DNA of 63,415 nucleotides, counting the filler, from Octopus bimaculoides (lineage: Eukaryota): assembly GCF_001194135.2 (NCBI RefSeq). It is 6 parts of 6 records of this genome, joined end to end, with 100 filler letters (N's around TTAATTAATTAA, not from the genome) between each part and the next. Parts side by side here need not be neighbours in the genome. Positions count along the whole stretch, not along the records: positions 33,950 to 62,107 come from NC_068985.1; positions 62,208 to 63,415 come from NW_026369297.1; 4 more parts are not named here. The stretch is one strand, 5' to 3'. Each line of letters begins with the position of its first letter. Position 1 is the first letter of the stretch. The position numbers were made by a program, and so were the translations under genes. The notes below the pieces were generated by a model. It was given only the letters and a program-made list of their open reading frames with translations. It searched no databases and was not told the origin of the DNA. Positions 52,151 to 63,415 of this stretch are shown piece by piece.

Positions 52151-52679
52151 GTTTTCTCAAGCAGACTAGCAAGCTATATGCATGTTACCCACTGAAAATA
52201 GCTAAATCCCTCTAAAAACAGAAATTACCTTTTTGATCAAGGCTGGAACATATTCTGATTATAGGCCTGTTCATTTAATCATGGATGATCTGAGGATAAA
52301 TAGCAGTAAAAGCAATTCTCTGAAAGAAGGGCAGACTATGGAACCTGTGTAAAATGAGGATGAATGTACATGTGTGTGTGTGTAAAATGGAAGATACCAA
52401 ATAAATATAAATAATAATCGTTTCTAGCATAAACACACATCCTGAAGTTTAAGGGAAATCAAATAGATGCCTTTAGCAATACCAGTACTTGATTGATACT
52501 ATATTTTATCGACCCTAGAGGAATGAAAGGCAAATTTAACTTGAGTAGGATTTGAACTCAGGACATAAAGTACTGGAATAAATACCACAGAATAGTTTGT
52601 TTGATGCTGTACTAATGAGTTTGCCAATCCTAATAATCAATAACATTTCTACCATCTATATCATATTTAACACTATAAT

Positions 52680-52970
52680 TATGGAATGAAATTGAAGACA
52701 ATCTATTATGCCCACAACATTTGTATTATTCATAAGATGACGTACTGATAAACTATGGAAGAAAATCAAAGACATAATCTATTATACACACAACATTTAT
52801 ATTATTCATTAGACAATTTGATAAACTATGAACTGAAATAAAAAAAACAATCTATTATACGCACAACATATTATTATAAGTTGATTAACTGATAAACTAT
52901 AAAATAAAATCTAACGCAGTATCTATTACAGATGTTAGAAATATTTATATAATTCATAGGACAATTGACT
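52680..52970. repeat. Degenerate ~75-bp minisatellite, about 4 units
   Basis: Recurrent AATCTATTAT-N-CACAACAT...TGATAAACTAT. Confidence 0.8.
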
Positions 52971-53054
52971 GAGAAATAAATATTTTAAATCAAGTATGAT
53001 ATATATATACATGTATGTGTGTGTGCATATATGCACACACACACATACACACAT

Positions 53055-53432
53055 AGGTGCAGGCATGGCTGTGTGGTTAGAAGTTTGCTTCCCAACTTCA
53101 TGGTTCCAGATTCAGCCGCACTGCATGGAAGCTTGGGAAGTGACCAAAGCCTTGTGAGTGAATTTGGTTGACAGAAACTGAAAGAAGCCTGTCATGTATA
53201 TGTGTGTGTGTGAGTATGTGATTATGTACATGTTTGTTCCCCACCACCACTTGACAACCGGTGTTGTGTGTCTTGTAACCTAGTGGTTTGGCAAAAGAGA
53301 TTGATAGAATAAGTCCCAGGCTTAACAAAAAAAAAAGAAACACTGGGGTCGATAAGTTCGACTAAAATTCTTCAAGGCAGTGCTCCAGCATGGCCACAGT
53401 CTAATAACGGAAACAAGTCAAAGATAAAAGAT
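53055..53432 (+). mobile_element. SINE family A, full length, CpG-decayed
   Basis: Head, central repeat and tail. Confidence 0.85.
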
Positions 53433-53914
53433 ACATCTTTTATCTTTGAAATACAACCATGATGGTGCCTTGAAGGGTTTGGTCAATTATATCAGCCACA
53501 CTGGTTGCTTATTCTCTTAATTTCTATTTGTTAAATACCTTAGTTTATAAGGCATAAACAACTGTAAACTGTAGGACCAAACCCAAAGCCACATGGTTGC
53601 AAAGCAAGGAACTTAATCATGCAGCCATATCTGAGACTGCATCTCTGATATATCATCCTCATTATTTTTAATGCTCACTTTTCCATATTTGCATGGATCA
53701 GATAGAATTCATGTGGTAAGTTTTCTACAACCAGGTGCCCTTCTCAAAGCTAACCATCTCCTGTTTCCATGCAAAATATGTTTTTCAAGGTTGGACATGT
53801 TTTCACAGAAGATTAGAAATGAACGACATTGCTTGTGTAATAATAACATTTGATTTTACAACTGTCACATGATGCCATGACCAGAACACACGCGCATGTG
53901 TGCGTGCACACACA

Positions 53915-54056
53915 CACCTTTCAGTTCCTGTCTATAAATTCAGCTCAGAAAGCTTTGGTTGGATTGAGGCTGTAGAAGACACTTGCCCAAGGTGCTATGC
54001 TGTGGGACTGAACCTGAACCATGTGGTTGGGAAGCAAACTTCTTCACCACACAGTC
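53915..54056 (-). mobile_element. SINE family A head
   Basis: AGAAGACACTTGCCCAAGGTG...GGGACTGAACC. Confidence 0.8.
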
Positions 54057-54211
54057 ATATGTACTGTTTAGAGTCTACAGCTCAGTAGAACAGTTGCTTC
54101 TTGTAGTAAAAGTAATAATCAATAACCTTCAAGATGAGACTGATAATTTAGAATCAAATACTTTATTTTTTTAAAAATACAGTTTTTTATGAAATTATAT
54201 ATATCTATCTC

Positions 54212-54450
54212 ATTCTGTTGCGTCTGGGGAGAGTCATTTTCTTTTTGTGCCTTATAATTTAACACACTCACCGGTAAAATTTCCACTTATTCCTTATTTT
54301 CATTTTCCTAAAATTTTTATTGCGTCTTGCAACCTTTTCAATAGTCTTGACGAAAATTTAAGAAAAAAGGAATAAGTGGAAAGTTTACCGGTGAGTGTGT
54401 TAAATTATAAGGCACAAAAAGAAAATGACTCTCCCCAGACACAACAGAAT
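54212..54450. mobile_element. MITE with ~85-bp near-perfect terminal inverted repeats
   Basis: ATTCTGTTGCGTCTGGGGAGAGTCATTTTC...CCACTTATTCCTT pairs with AAGGAATAAGTGG...CTCCCCAGACACAACAGAAT. Confidence 0.85.
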
Positions 54451-56299
54451 ATGCTTCAACACACAAATTCACATAAAGAATCTTGCAAACCAAATGCAAA
54501 AACGAAATATATCTCATTGTTCTCTATAAAATTCCAACAATCTTATTATTTTCAAAATATCTATGGCATTTCCATGTATACTAAAATCTAGCATATTGTA
54601 GAGAAAACATGAAATTTTTACTGCAGAATACAAACTCCTGGGATATGAAGCTAAGCAACATGAGTCCAGTAGTTTAATTTTTGTACATCATTAGATTGTT
54701 TATATTTACTGTTGTTGTCTGACCCCAAGAAAACTCTGATTCAGTAGACTTAAGGGATTACAGCTGTGAACACACTGTCTTATTTAGATTTGGTATATCT
54801 AGAACTATATTATCTCATATCTTTCTTTTTAAAGGATGTGATTTGAAGAAGATCTGGCTGATATTTTTTGCAGGTTGAATGACTGCATACAGACATTTTT
54901 TTTTTTTTTTTTTTTTTTTTTTTGTTTTTGCTATTGCTATTGCTTGACAGCTGTGAGTGACAAACTGGATCTTGATTTCTTCATCTCCTGCAGAGAGCTC
55001 TTTAGAATTGATTGATGGCAGTCACTGCAGAGTTTAGCTATCAGACAAGTTGTTGTCCACCAGTGTGGTGGAGTGGTGAGGCTGATGTTAGTAGTTGTGA
55101 GTGGGGTGGGACATGAGTTTGTGGTGCTTGTTGTTGTACATGATGATGGCAATGCTGGTGATAGTGGTGATGACGCATTAGTTTGGTTGTTTGTTGTGTA
55201 GTGGTGATAGTGGTAGCTATGGTGGTTACTGTGTTGGTAGTGGTGTTGTAGCTGGTATTAGTTTTATAGTTGTGCTTGATGCTAGTGACACTGGTGGTGG
55301 TGATGTTCTTTGGAGAGGGGCAGTTTGTATTAGTTTGTTGTGGTTATTTTTCATCCAGTCAGCCTTGAATAAACAGACATATACTGTCTTTTTTATATAT
55401 ATTTTCAGACCATGTATAACTAGGAGTATATTATACTATATATCCTTTCTTTTTTTTCTATTTTTTTTAAACAATTGCATATCATTTGAGGAAAATTTAG
55501 TTGCTATTTTTGACAGATTTAGTAACAGTGTAGGGGTTGCTTCTTTGCTTTGTAGTTGTTTTGTTTGTTATTCAACATCGTACTACAGGGGAAATTAATG
55601 GCACACCTAGAATGCAGGATTAAATTCACTGGCCATCATCATTTTACATCCATTTTCTTCTATTCTGATATTGTTTGAATGAATCTGTGTCTTACCATTC
55701 ATTGCAATTCTTTATCAGCAATAAGAGAAAACATGAATATCTCTATGGCACCAGAGAAATTGTCTCTACACGACTAAAGTATTCCTTCCACCTAACATCA
55801 CCTCTATTCAGTCCCTACATAAGCTATTAATATAATTAGAAATCGTGTCTCTCCTCTCTTTGTCCATCCCCATGATATTTCACATGAATGGCAGTTCTCT
55901 GGTATGATATTTTCACTGTGTCCGTAAAACACTAACTGGTTAGTCATTTAGCTAAATACTGAGTAACTCATGTCTCACTTGCATATAAGAAGTAATTCAA
56001 GGATGAAGTGGACTGGACAGTGTGATCACAGAATACTGAAAGCACAAGTTTTGTTGGGCTAGACATGTCACAAGGCTTGTTGAGACAATGGAATAAAAGA
56101 CAGCATGAGTAGCATCATGGAAGAGATACAGGAGGGTGACCTGGTGATTGAAGAGGAGGTTGTGCGTGTGTGTTTGTGCATATGTATGTGTGTGTCTGTG
56201 TGAAAGACAGGAAGAGAGAGAGAAAAACAGAGATGGAGTGTTAACAATAGAAAATAGAGGGGACGATTGAATACGCCCAGATCTAATGCCACTCCTCAT

Positions 56300-56535
56300 T
56301 ACAAAGTGTCACTCAGGTGGCATAGTCTGTTTGAGGGCTGACAGTGGAGTGCTTGAAACTTCTCAGCCTTGAACTGCATGTTATTTTCATCAGCCCATTT
56401 GTATATTGCATTCAGGTCATTTTGCAGTTTTAGTATGTCATCAGGGTCCTTGACCACCTGTGATACCTTTTTATCATCAGTATAGCTAGTGAGTGTGGTT
56501 GACTGTATGGCTGAGGGTGTGTCTGAGATAGCCAC
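56300..56535 (-). mobile_element. CR1/L2-group LINE RT fragment
   Basis: TLTSYTDDKKVSQVVKDPDDILKLQNDLNAIYKWADENNMQFKAEKFQALH is the YADD...LQxDL...W...N.M.FN..K motif. Confidence 0.85.
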
Positions 56536-56567
56536 CATAAACACATATATGTACATACATACATACG

Positions 56568-56643
<76 letters not shown>

Positions 56644-56978
56644 CACATACACGCACACACACATGCATATATCTATTCATACATCTATACTTCATCCTCG
56701 TATTCGTTGGCATAATGACCCTTCCTAGGCACAACACACTCACATACATACATACATTTACATACATGTTTGTGACACACACACAAATATACAGCCATTT
56801 ATTCCTTTTTGTAATGCAGTAGCTACTTCTTCCCTCTTATTGAGAGTAAGGTTCCAGTTCTGTTTTGGTTAATTGACTCCGTAAATCACCAGTTCCAGTT
56901 GGTTAATCAGTTATAAATTGTGTCATCCTGTAAGTTATTTAAAGAACAACTTACCCACTTGCAGCTATCAGTACCTTC

Positions 56979-57070
<92 letters not shown>

Positions 57071-57289
57071 GGTTTTTTTTCTTTTATAAGCTTACGAAGG
57101 GTCGTCTTTTGTTTTATTTTTATACAGTATTTATTTCCTGCTTTCATTTTTAACGTTCTTGTTCTCACATGTAAACATTTGACCAAATTTTTAAATTCTT
57201 TTATATGTTTCAGCTCAAAGGCTCTGGCCATGCTGAGGCACTGCCAGTGTTATCACCTTTTAATGGCTATTCTTATGTGATTGGCTTTT

Positions 57290-58560
57290 TGTGAAGGAGG
57301 GAATTCAACACAGCTGCCCTCTTTTGAGTTTCTTGTCACGATGAAGGTTCATTTGGGGCCATGAACAGCAGGTGCCAAGTTGTTTCTTGAAAATTTCTAC
57401 CACTATTCCACCATGTATATCTCTCAAATGTTTTAGCAAGGTATTAAATAGTCATAAGCCCTTAAATCTCAAGCTGTTGTGGTACTAGATGGGATGGCTA
57501 TGATCTTTGGAACTGTGCAATGCTGTCCAACTCATGGGTTGGTATAACTCTCAATGCCAAAGTTTGGTGCCAATCCTTCAAGGATCTTTTATATGTGTAT
57601 CACTGTATATTTCTCCTGTCTTTGCTCCACGGACTAAAATTGTAGCTCTTTCTATTGATGCAGTCTTGCTGATGTAGCACCACTGAAACACCACAAGTTA
57701 ATTTGACACTGTGGGGTGACCACAGTTAAGAGCAGTAGTCCAGACAGCTGAGGACAAATGTCCTCCATAGAACCAACATAGTTTCCTGGTCCCTTGTTCT
57801 GTAAGTCATCAGTATCCAGCCAGCCATTCACCTGCACACAACCACCATTTTAGTGATGTGTATGTGAAACGAGGTGTTGTTGCTCATATCAATCCCCAGA
57901 TCACACGCTGTATTTGACTTTGGAATTACCACCTCTTTTGGTCCAAAGTATCTTTCTTACAGCATATTTGTACAAGCTAGTTGAGAGTGGGGTGGGGTTG
58001 GAATTTTCCTTCTTTTAATTGCATTTTCTTTTCTTCTGCCCATTTATATGTGGCATCTCAGTCCTTCTGCAGAAGATTAACATCAAGAGGTTTCTTGACT
58101 GCTTGTTGTATTTTTGTGTCATCAGTATAACTAGTAAGTGTGGCTGTCTGTGTAACTGATGGCATGTCCAAAAGAGTCACTGTAAATTGCAGTGACCCTG
58201 AGACACTCCACTCACTATTACTGTCTCCTTGGAGAGATTTCTGATTATGCCAAGTCTCCATATCTTGTGACATATCATTCCATGAGAGTTGAGCCTATCA
58301 TTTTTTGCATCTGTTCCACTACCTCCTTTATGGATAAGACATTTTATGTTTTCCTTTAACTTTTTGGGAAGTCTCTCAGTTGCAAGGAATTTTTGGTGGA
58401 AGATTTGTAGTGATCTTGCTAGAGCCCCTTTGCATTTCTTTTAGAGGGTTTCTGGAAATCCATCCGGGCTTATGGCTGAGTTTAAGCTCATTTCATCAAT
58501 GGCTGATATTACATCAGTTTCCTCTATTTCAATATAATCAATATTTTCCATCACTTTCTG
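57290..58560 (-). mobile_element. CR1-group LINE, decayed RT through C-terminus with internal deletion
   Basis: IDEMSLNSAISPDGFPETL*KKCK...IHKGGS; SGVSQG...SYTDDTK; DLGIDMS...GWILMTYRTRD...LDYCS*LWSP; KILEGLAPNF; PNEP...RAAVLNSL. Confidence 0.85.
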
Positions 58561-58581
58561 TAGAGCTGTGGTGCCTATACA

Positions 58582-59110
58582 TGTTGCAGATCAACTATTC
58601 ATTTACATCACAGAACTCTATCAGCCTTGTTCATTCCTAATTTCTAGAATCAAAGCTATAGCCTACATGTACACCATAAAATCCATTTCAGTGCTGCCCA
58701 ACATGTCTGTTGAAATCACCAGCCATGATAATAAGGTCTTTGTCATCCATCATTAATGCAATCTGCTGAAGGGTCTCATAGAAATGGCTCCTTTGTTCAT
58801 CTACCATATGCTGACATTATTGCTACAGTTGTATAATCGAATACTAATCTTAGGTTAACAATTCTATCACACCTCTATCATTTTATCTACCCATTTCACT
58901 GCTGAGACTATGTCTACAGTACCTATGCCTTCACTGTTACCTTCCTAGAAGATTTTGTGCCCCTATTCCTTGCCTATGAGGAGTCCAATAGAGGCTCTCC
59001 TCCTTATCTCTAGCACACAGCACATCTACATACTTCCACTCTAATATTTCAACTATCTCACCTGAGCAAGCTTTCATTGTACTGATGTTGATCATAACAG
59101 TCCTAAAGAT
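58582..59110 (-). mobile_element. RTE LINE apurinic-type endonuclease domain remnant
   Basis: NISTMKACSGEIVEILEWKYVDV..., IMSAY, IIMAGDFNRHVG, GFYGVHVGY...RN...LIEFCD...LICN. Confidence 0.85.
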
Positions 59111-59369
59111 ACGGCCTCTGGAAGAATGAGTGGAGATCTTGGGTATTGTTTTAAATTCCTGAAAAGATGTTTGCAAGCACCTGCTAGCAGGTGGTGAGTC
59201 TTTGGATGTGTTTTGGGAAACAGGTATTTATTGCTCAATGAATTCGGTTTGTGAGTTCCAATGTTTTGAGGTCACTATTATTCATAGCTCTGTGTGAGTC
59301 AAAGTAGTAACACCTGCCAGGATTCCAACTATGGTTAATTAGCATGTCACAGAATTTCCTCCAGAAGAA

Positions 59370-60284
59370 GGACTAATGTACTGGGGCATTGTCCTGATGC
59401 GAGAAGACCCCTTTCATCAATTTTCCTGGGTTTAATCTTGATAACCTTTCATAACCGCTTCAGCAAGTTGGCATAGTAATCTCCATTAATGGTGTGGCCC
59501 ATTTGAAGATATCCAATAAATGCAATGCCTTTTGCATCCCAAAAAACTGAACCCATCACCTTCCCTGCAGATGAAATGACCTTCACCTTCTTTGGAGCAG
59601 ATGAGGTGAAATCTTTCCATTGCATGGATTGTTTGCTTGTCTCTGACCCAAAGTGATGAACCCAACACTCATCCTGGGTTAGGAAATGTTCAAGGAAACT
59701 AGCTGGACCTGCCTGAAACAATGTGATATTTTCCTGTAATGTGGTCAGCTTAGTGCGCTTTTGATCAGATGTCAGAAGATGTGGCACCCACCAAGCAGAA
59801 ACCTTCATCATGCCTAGTTCATTGTACAGAATATTCTCAATTTTCTCAAAAGATATGCTAATAGCATATGTTATTTGATTTTTAGTCAATCACCTGTTTC
59901 TTCAGTTGTGGTAGTTGCAGGATGTCCAGACGTTGGATCATCTTTGAGATTCTCCCTTCCCCTCCTAAGTTCAGCTGCTCACTTTGGATGAAGCTGGAGC
60001 ATCATCCCCTAATGTAGTAATCTTGTCAGCATGATTATCCATCGGGACTAAACCCTTTTTCTGCAGGTACTTGATAACACCACGATGCCAAATTTTGTCA
60101 ATTTTCTAGAGAAGTCATTAATAGATACTTTTGGAATCTTCTTTGAACAGTCAGATGTCAGTTTACCTGGAAAGAAACAATGTAGTTTTTAATAAGAAGA
60201 GTTGAAATTAATGCATGCAAGGTTTCACAGCTCTTGCATCATTCCTTCATAGTCAGTCTGTGAACTTTTCAGCCCACCCTCGTA
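59370..60284 (-). mobile_element. Mariner (DD34D) transposon, 3'-truncated and frameshifted
   Basis: 5' TIR TACGAGGGTGGGCTGAAAAGTT at 60284; DKIWHRGVIKYLQKKG, WVPHLL, TQDECWVHH, GKVMGSVFWD, YYANLL and SHQDNAPVH motifs; no third Asp or 3' TIR. Confidence 0.92.
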
Positions 60285-60655
60285 GTAGAGTATATTTGTG
60301 TTTCATATTGAAGATTCATCTCAGTACACGAAGTTTTTCAACATCCTTATTTGAGCTTTCCTGATCAATGATGTCCATTAAAATGTGATGGATTTGGGAA
60401 GCTATGCTGTTTTTGTCCTTCACATAGGCATTAACAGAGACTGAAAGCTGGCCATAAACAATTGTGAATTTGTGTTACAGACTCAGTTTGCTATGTGTTT
60501 ACATGCTACAGGAGCTTACACTCTGTACAATGCTGTTTATTCAATATACAAATTATTCTTGCTTGTATTGCTTTCAACTCAGTAGATCTGAGGGTAATTA
60601 TCAGGCAAACATATTAATAAAGGATTTGGATAACAATAGTAGTAGTAGTAGTAGC

Positions 60656-60695
<40 letters not shown>

Positions 60696-60749
60696 TATGA
60701 TCTGGTCTATCAGCCCTTCAACCAGTAAGCCAACAACCTAACAACTCAG

Positions 60750-60784
60750 TCATCTACTGTCCTGTAAATTGAGATGGCTTACAC
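60750..60784 (-). CDS. Candidate short terminal coding exon
   Basis: Strong acceptor ttctttttatattttacttttAG; in phase with the 60951-60968 microexon, giving ...FQNTAGVSHLNLQDSR*. Confidence 0.22.
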
Positions 60785-60950
60785 CTAAAAGTAAAATATA
60801 AAAAGAATCAAATTTTTAAAAATAGATAAAAAATAATAAGCAAAATCTATAATGTAAGATACATGCATAAAAGTTGCAAGGTATCTAATTGCTATTGGTA
60901 TTGATTTAATCCCCTTGTCTCAGTCCAGAGCTTTCATCTCTCCTGTTTAC

Positions 60951-60968
60951 CTGCTGTGTTTTGAAAAG
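60951..60968 (-). CDS. Candidate 18-nt microexon
   Basis: ttcttgctttttttcatcctgtctgtgtAG|CTTTTCAAAACACAGCAG|GTaaac, with an upstream ctcattaac branch-like motif. Confidence 0.3.
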
Positions 60969-61069
60969 CTACACAGACAGGATGAAAAAAAAGCAAGAAT
61001 CAATGCTGCAGTTAATGAGGAAAGTAGATAGCTATTTCTCACAGGGCCTTTAATGGATATTATTATTAT

Positions 61070-61622
61070 TAGGGTGATGGATTGGTACAATCATTAGAAC
61101 ATTGGGAAAAATTACTTAGCAGTACTTGTCCTGGCTACTTATGTTCTGAGTTCAGTTTCTGCTGAGGTCAATTATGCCTTTAATCCCTTCTGTCCTTCAA
61201 AATTACTGGCCTTGTCCCTAAATCAGAAGCCATTGGACAAAATGCTTAGTTATATTTCTCCTGGTTCTTTATGTTTTGAGTTCAAATCCCAACAAGATCA
61301 ACTTTGCCATTCATTTTTTTAGAGGTTGACAGAATAAAGTAAGGCTAAGTACTGAGTTTGATGTAATTGACTAATTCTTCCTCCTAAAATTGCTGGTCTT
61401 GTGTCAGCAATTGTAGTAGAAGAGCTGGCAGAATCATTAGCCTGCTGGGCAAAATGCTTAGCAACATTTTGTCTGTCTTTACGTTCTGAGTTCAAATTCT
61501 GCCGAGATCGCCTTTGCCGTTCATCCTTTCAGTGTCAATAAAATAAATATCAATTGAGTGCTGGAGTTGATGTAATTGACTTACTCACACTCTGAGATTG
61601 CTGGCCTTGTACCAAAATTTGA
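61070..61622 (+). mobile_element. Three tandem SINE family B copies
   Basis: Repeated TTCTGAGTTCA(A/G)...GCCTT/TCATCCTTTC blocks at ~61070, 61230 and 61420. Confidence 0.8.
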
Positions 61623-61639
61623 AATCATCATCATCATCA

Positions 61640-61676
<37 letters not shown>

Positions 61677-61719
61677 TACTATCCTACTACTACTACTACT
61701 ACTACTACTATACTATTAG

Positions 61720-61757
<38 letters not shown>

Positions 61758-61778
61758 TTATTATTATTATTATTATTA

Positions 61779-61990
61779 GTCAAGATGAAGAGTGCGATTT
61801 TAGATGTTTTATTTTTTGAACAATATTTCGACAGAACGTCTGTCTTTCTCAAGTTCAAACCAAAAGGTGATTGAAAATACAAAATTTTGAATTTTCAATC
61901 ACCTTTTGGTTTGAACTTGAGAAAGACAGACGTTCTGTCGAAATATTGTTAAAAAAATAAAACATCTAAAATCGCACTCTTCGTCTTGAC
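61779..61990. mobile_element. Near-perfect 212-bp palindrome (fold-back MITE) flanked by TA
   Basis: Arms of ~105 bp mirror around CAAAA|TTTTG (centre ~61884) with very few mismatches; TA on both sides. Confidence 0.9.
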
Positions 61991-62107
61991 TATTTACCTT
62001 CATGAAGAGTTACGTCAATCCTTTTTTTAAAATATTATTATTATTATTATTATTATTACTACTACTACTACTACTATTACTATTATCATTATTATTATTA
62101 TTATTAT

Positions 62108-62207
62108 NNNNNNNNNNNNNNNNNNNNNNNNNNNNNNNNNNNNNNNNNNNNTTAATTAATTAANNNNNNNNNNNNNNNNNNNNNNNNNNNNNNNNNNNNN
62201 NNNNNNN
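62108..62207. other. Artificial scaffold linker N44-TTAATTAATTAA-N44
   Basis: Identical 100-bp motif. Confidence 0.9.
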
Positions 62208-63415
62208 TGACTCTGCTAGCCAGATTGATTTCATTCTCACCAGACAGTGGGATGCATTGCTGCTCTTAAATACAAAGACCCTCCTTGGTGAAGAATGTAT
62301 CCCCCAGCATAGACTAGTCATTAATGATTTTATACTCCAGGCCAGAAGTATGCCAAGAAGCAGACCAATCTGGAAAAGAAGGTTTTGGAAGCTAAAGGAC
62401 CTTCAAATGGTCAGAGATTTAGAGACATCCTAATTGAGAAATTTGATGAGAGGGAGGAGGAGCTACAAACTTGTGACATAAAGAGCAACTGGGAATTCCT
62501 GTAAGACAGCTTGCTGAGTGCCACAGACGAAATCTGTAGCTGGTGCAAAGTCCCTTCCAGACTTAGGGTAACATGATAGTGGAACAATACTGTAGACAAA
62601 GCCATTTGCGCAAAGAAACAGGCCTGGAAGAGTGGGGTCAGCTGGGAACTGTATCAGATAGCCAGGAGGGAAGCTAGGAGACAGGTATATCTAGCCAAGG
62701 GAGAAGCAGAAAAGAGAAAAGTTTTGCCTCTGTTCAACATTGTGAGGAACAAAGAACTGAAGTATTTCGGATTGCAAGACAGTGTATGAGAGAAAATTGT
62801 GATGTTATAGGAGAGAAATGTGTCCACATGGATGATGGTGCACTTGCTTTTAAGGAGTCTGCAAAGAAAGAGGTTTGGAGATGCCATTATGAAAGACTGC
62901 TGAATGTGGAGAATGAATGGGAGGAGGAGAATCTGCCAAATGTTGACCCAACTGAGGGACCAGCTACCCAAATTGACAGTACCTTGGTAGATAAAGCAAT
63001 TTAGGATATGAAGACAGGGAAAGCTCTCAGCCCATTAGGAATCACCACTGAAATGCTTAAAATATCTGGCGGTGTGGGTTATGGTCACCCATATTGTAAA
63101 TCAGGTGATTCATGAGGGAATCATACCCAATGACTTGGGTAGCAGCACCATAGTCAACTGCTACAAAGGTAATGGTGATGCCTAAGATAGAAATAATCAC
63201 AGAGGTATCAAATTGTTGGATCAGGTGATGAAAATTGCAGTGAGAGTCATAGCCCAACTAATTAGGGAGAGGGTTAGTCTAGATGACATGCAGTTTGGTT
63301 TTGTGTCAGGTAGAAGCACCACTAATGCTATATTTCTGGTAAGGCAATTGTAGGAGAAATGCCTAGCTAAAGATAAACCTTTGTACTTGGCTTTTGTTGA
63401 CTTGGAGAAAGCTTT
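62208..63415 (+). mobile_element. RTE-clade LINE ORF2 (end of endonuclease to RT), with stops and frameshifts
   Basis: DSASQIDFIL...GEECIPQHRLV; KEVWRCHYERLLNVENEW; EMLKISG; RGIKLLDQVMKI...QFGFVSGRSTTNAIFLVRQL*EK...LYLAFVDLEK. Confidence 0.93.

Noticed and set aside
54946-55010. Plus-strand acceptor after poly-T giving VSDKLDLDFFISCRELFRID*
   Set aside because: Short, runs into low-complexity GT-rich sequence, and has no partner exons on that strand.
55696-55815. Minus-strand exon-like segment GLNRGDVRWKEYFSR
   Set aside because: All frames hit stops before the donor; RWKEYF resembles a LINE motif.
59449-59889. SETMAR-like host gene
   Set aside because: No SET domain; it has a TIR, frameshifts and truncation, so it is a dead mariner copy.

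Overview
Repeat-saturated, AT-rich animal genomic DNA. The SINE, LINE and microsatellite content fits an octopus (coleoid cephalopod) draft assembly; this is an inference from element types, not a database match. No prokaryotic genes, rRNA, bona fide tRNA or CRISPR array were found, and almost all listed ORFs are translated microsatellites or N-gaps. The window contains (i) dozens of tRNA-derived SINE copies from at least three families plus an RTE-3'-tail repeat; (ii) decayed RTE, CR1-like, Jockey-like, Dong/R4, Penelope-like and Ty3/Gypsy retroelements; (iii) a truncated mariner transposase, several MITEs or palindromes and a probable Helitron-type element; and (iv) a few low-confidence candidate host exons and microexons on the minus strand. 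Five artificial 100-bp linkers (N44-TTAATTAATTAA-N44) split the window into blocks whose adjacency is unverified. The most unusual structure is a ~1.6-kb element at 43.2-44.8 kb, where ~330-bp inverted arms enclose a Penelope-type GIY-YIG endonuclease remnant with an internal hairpin. Repeat boundaries were read by eye and are approximate (+/-10-20 bp).
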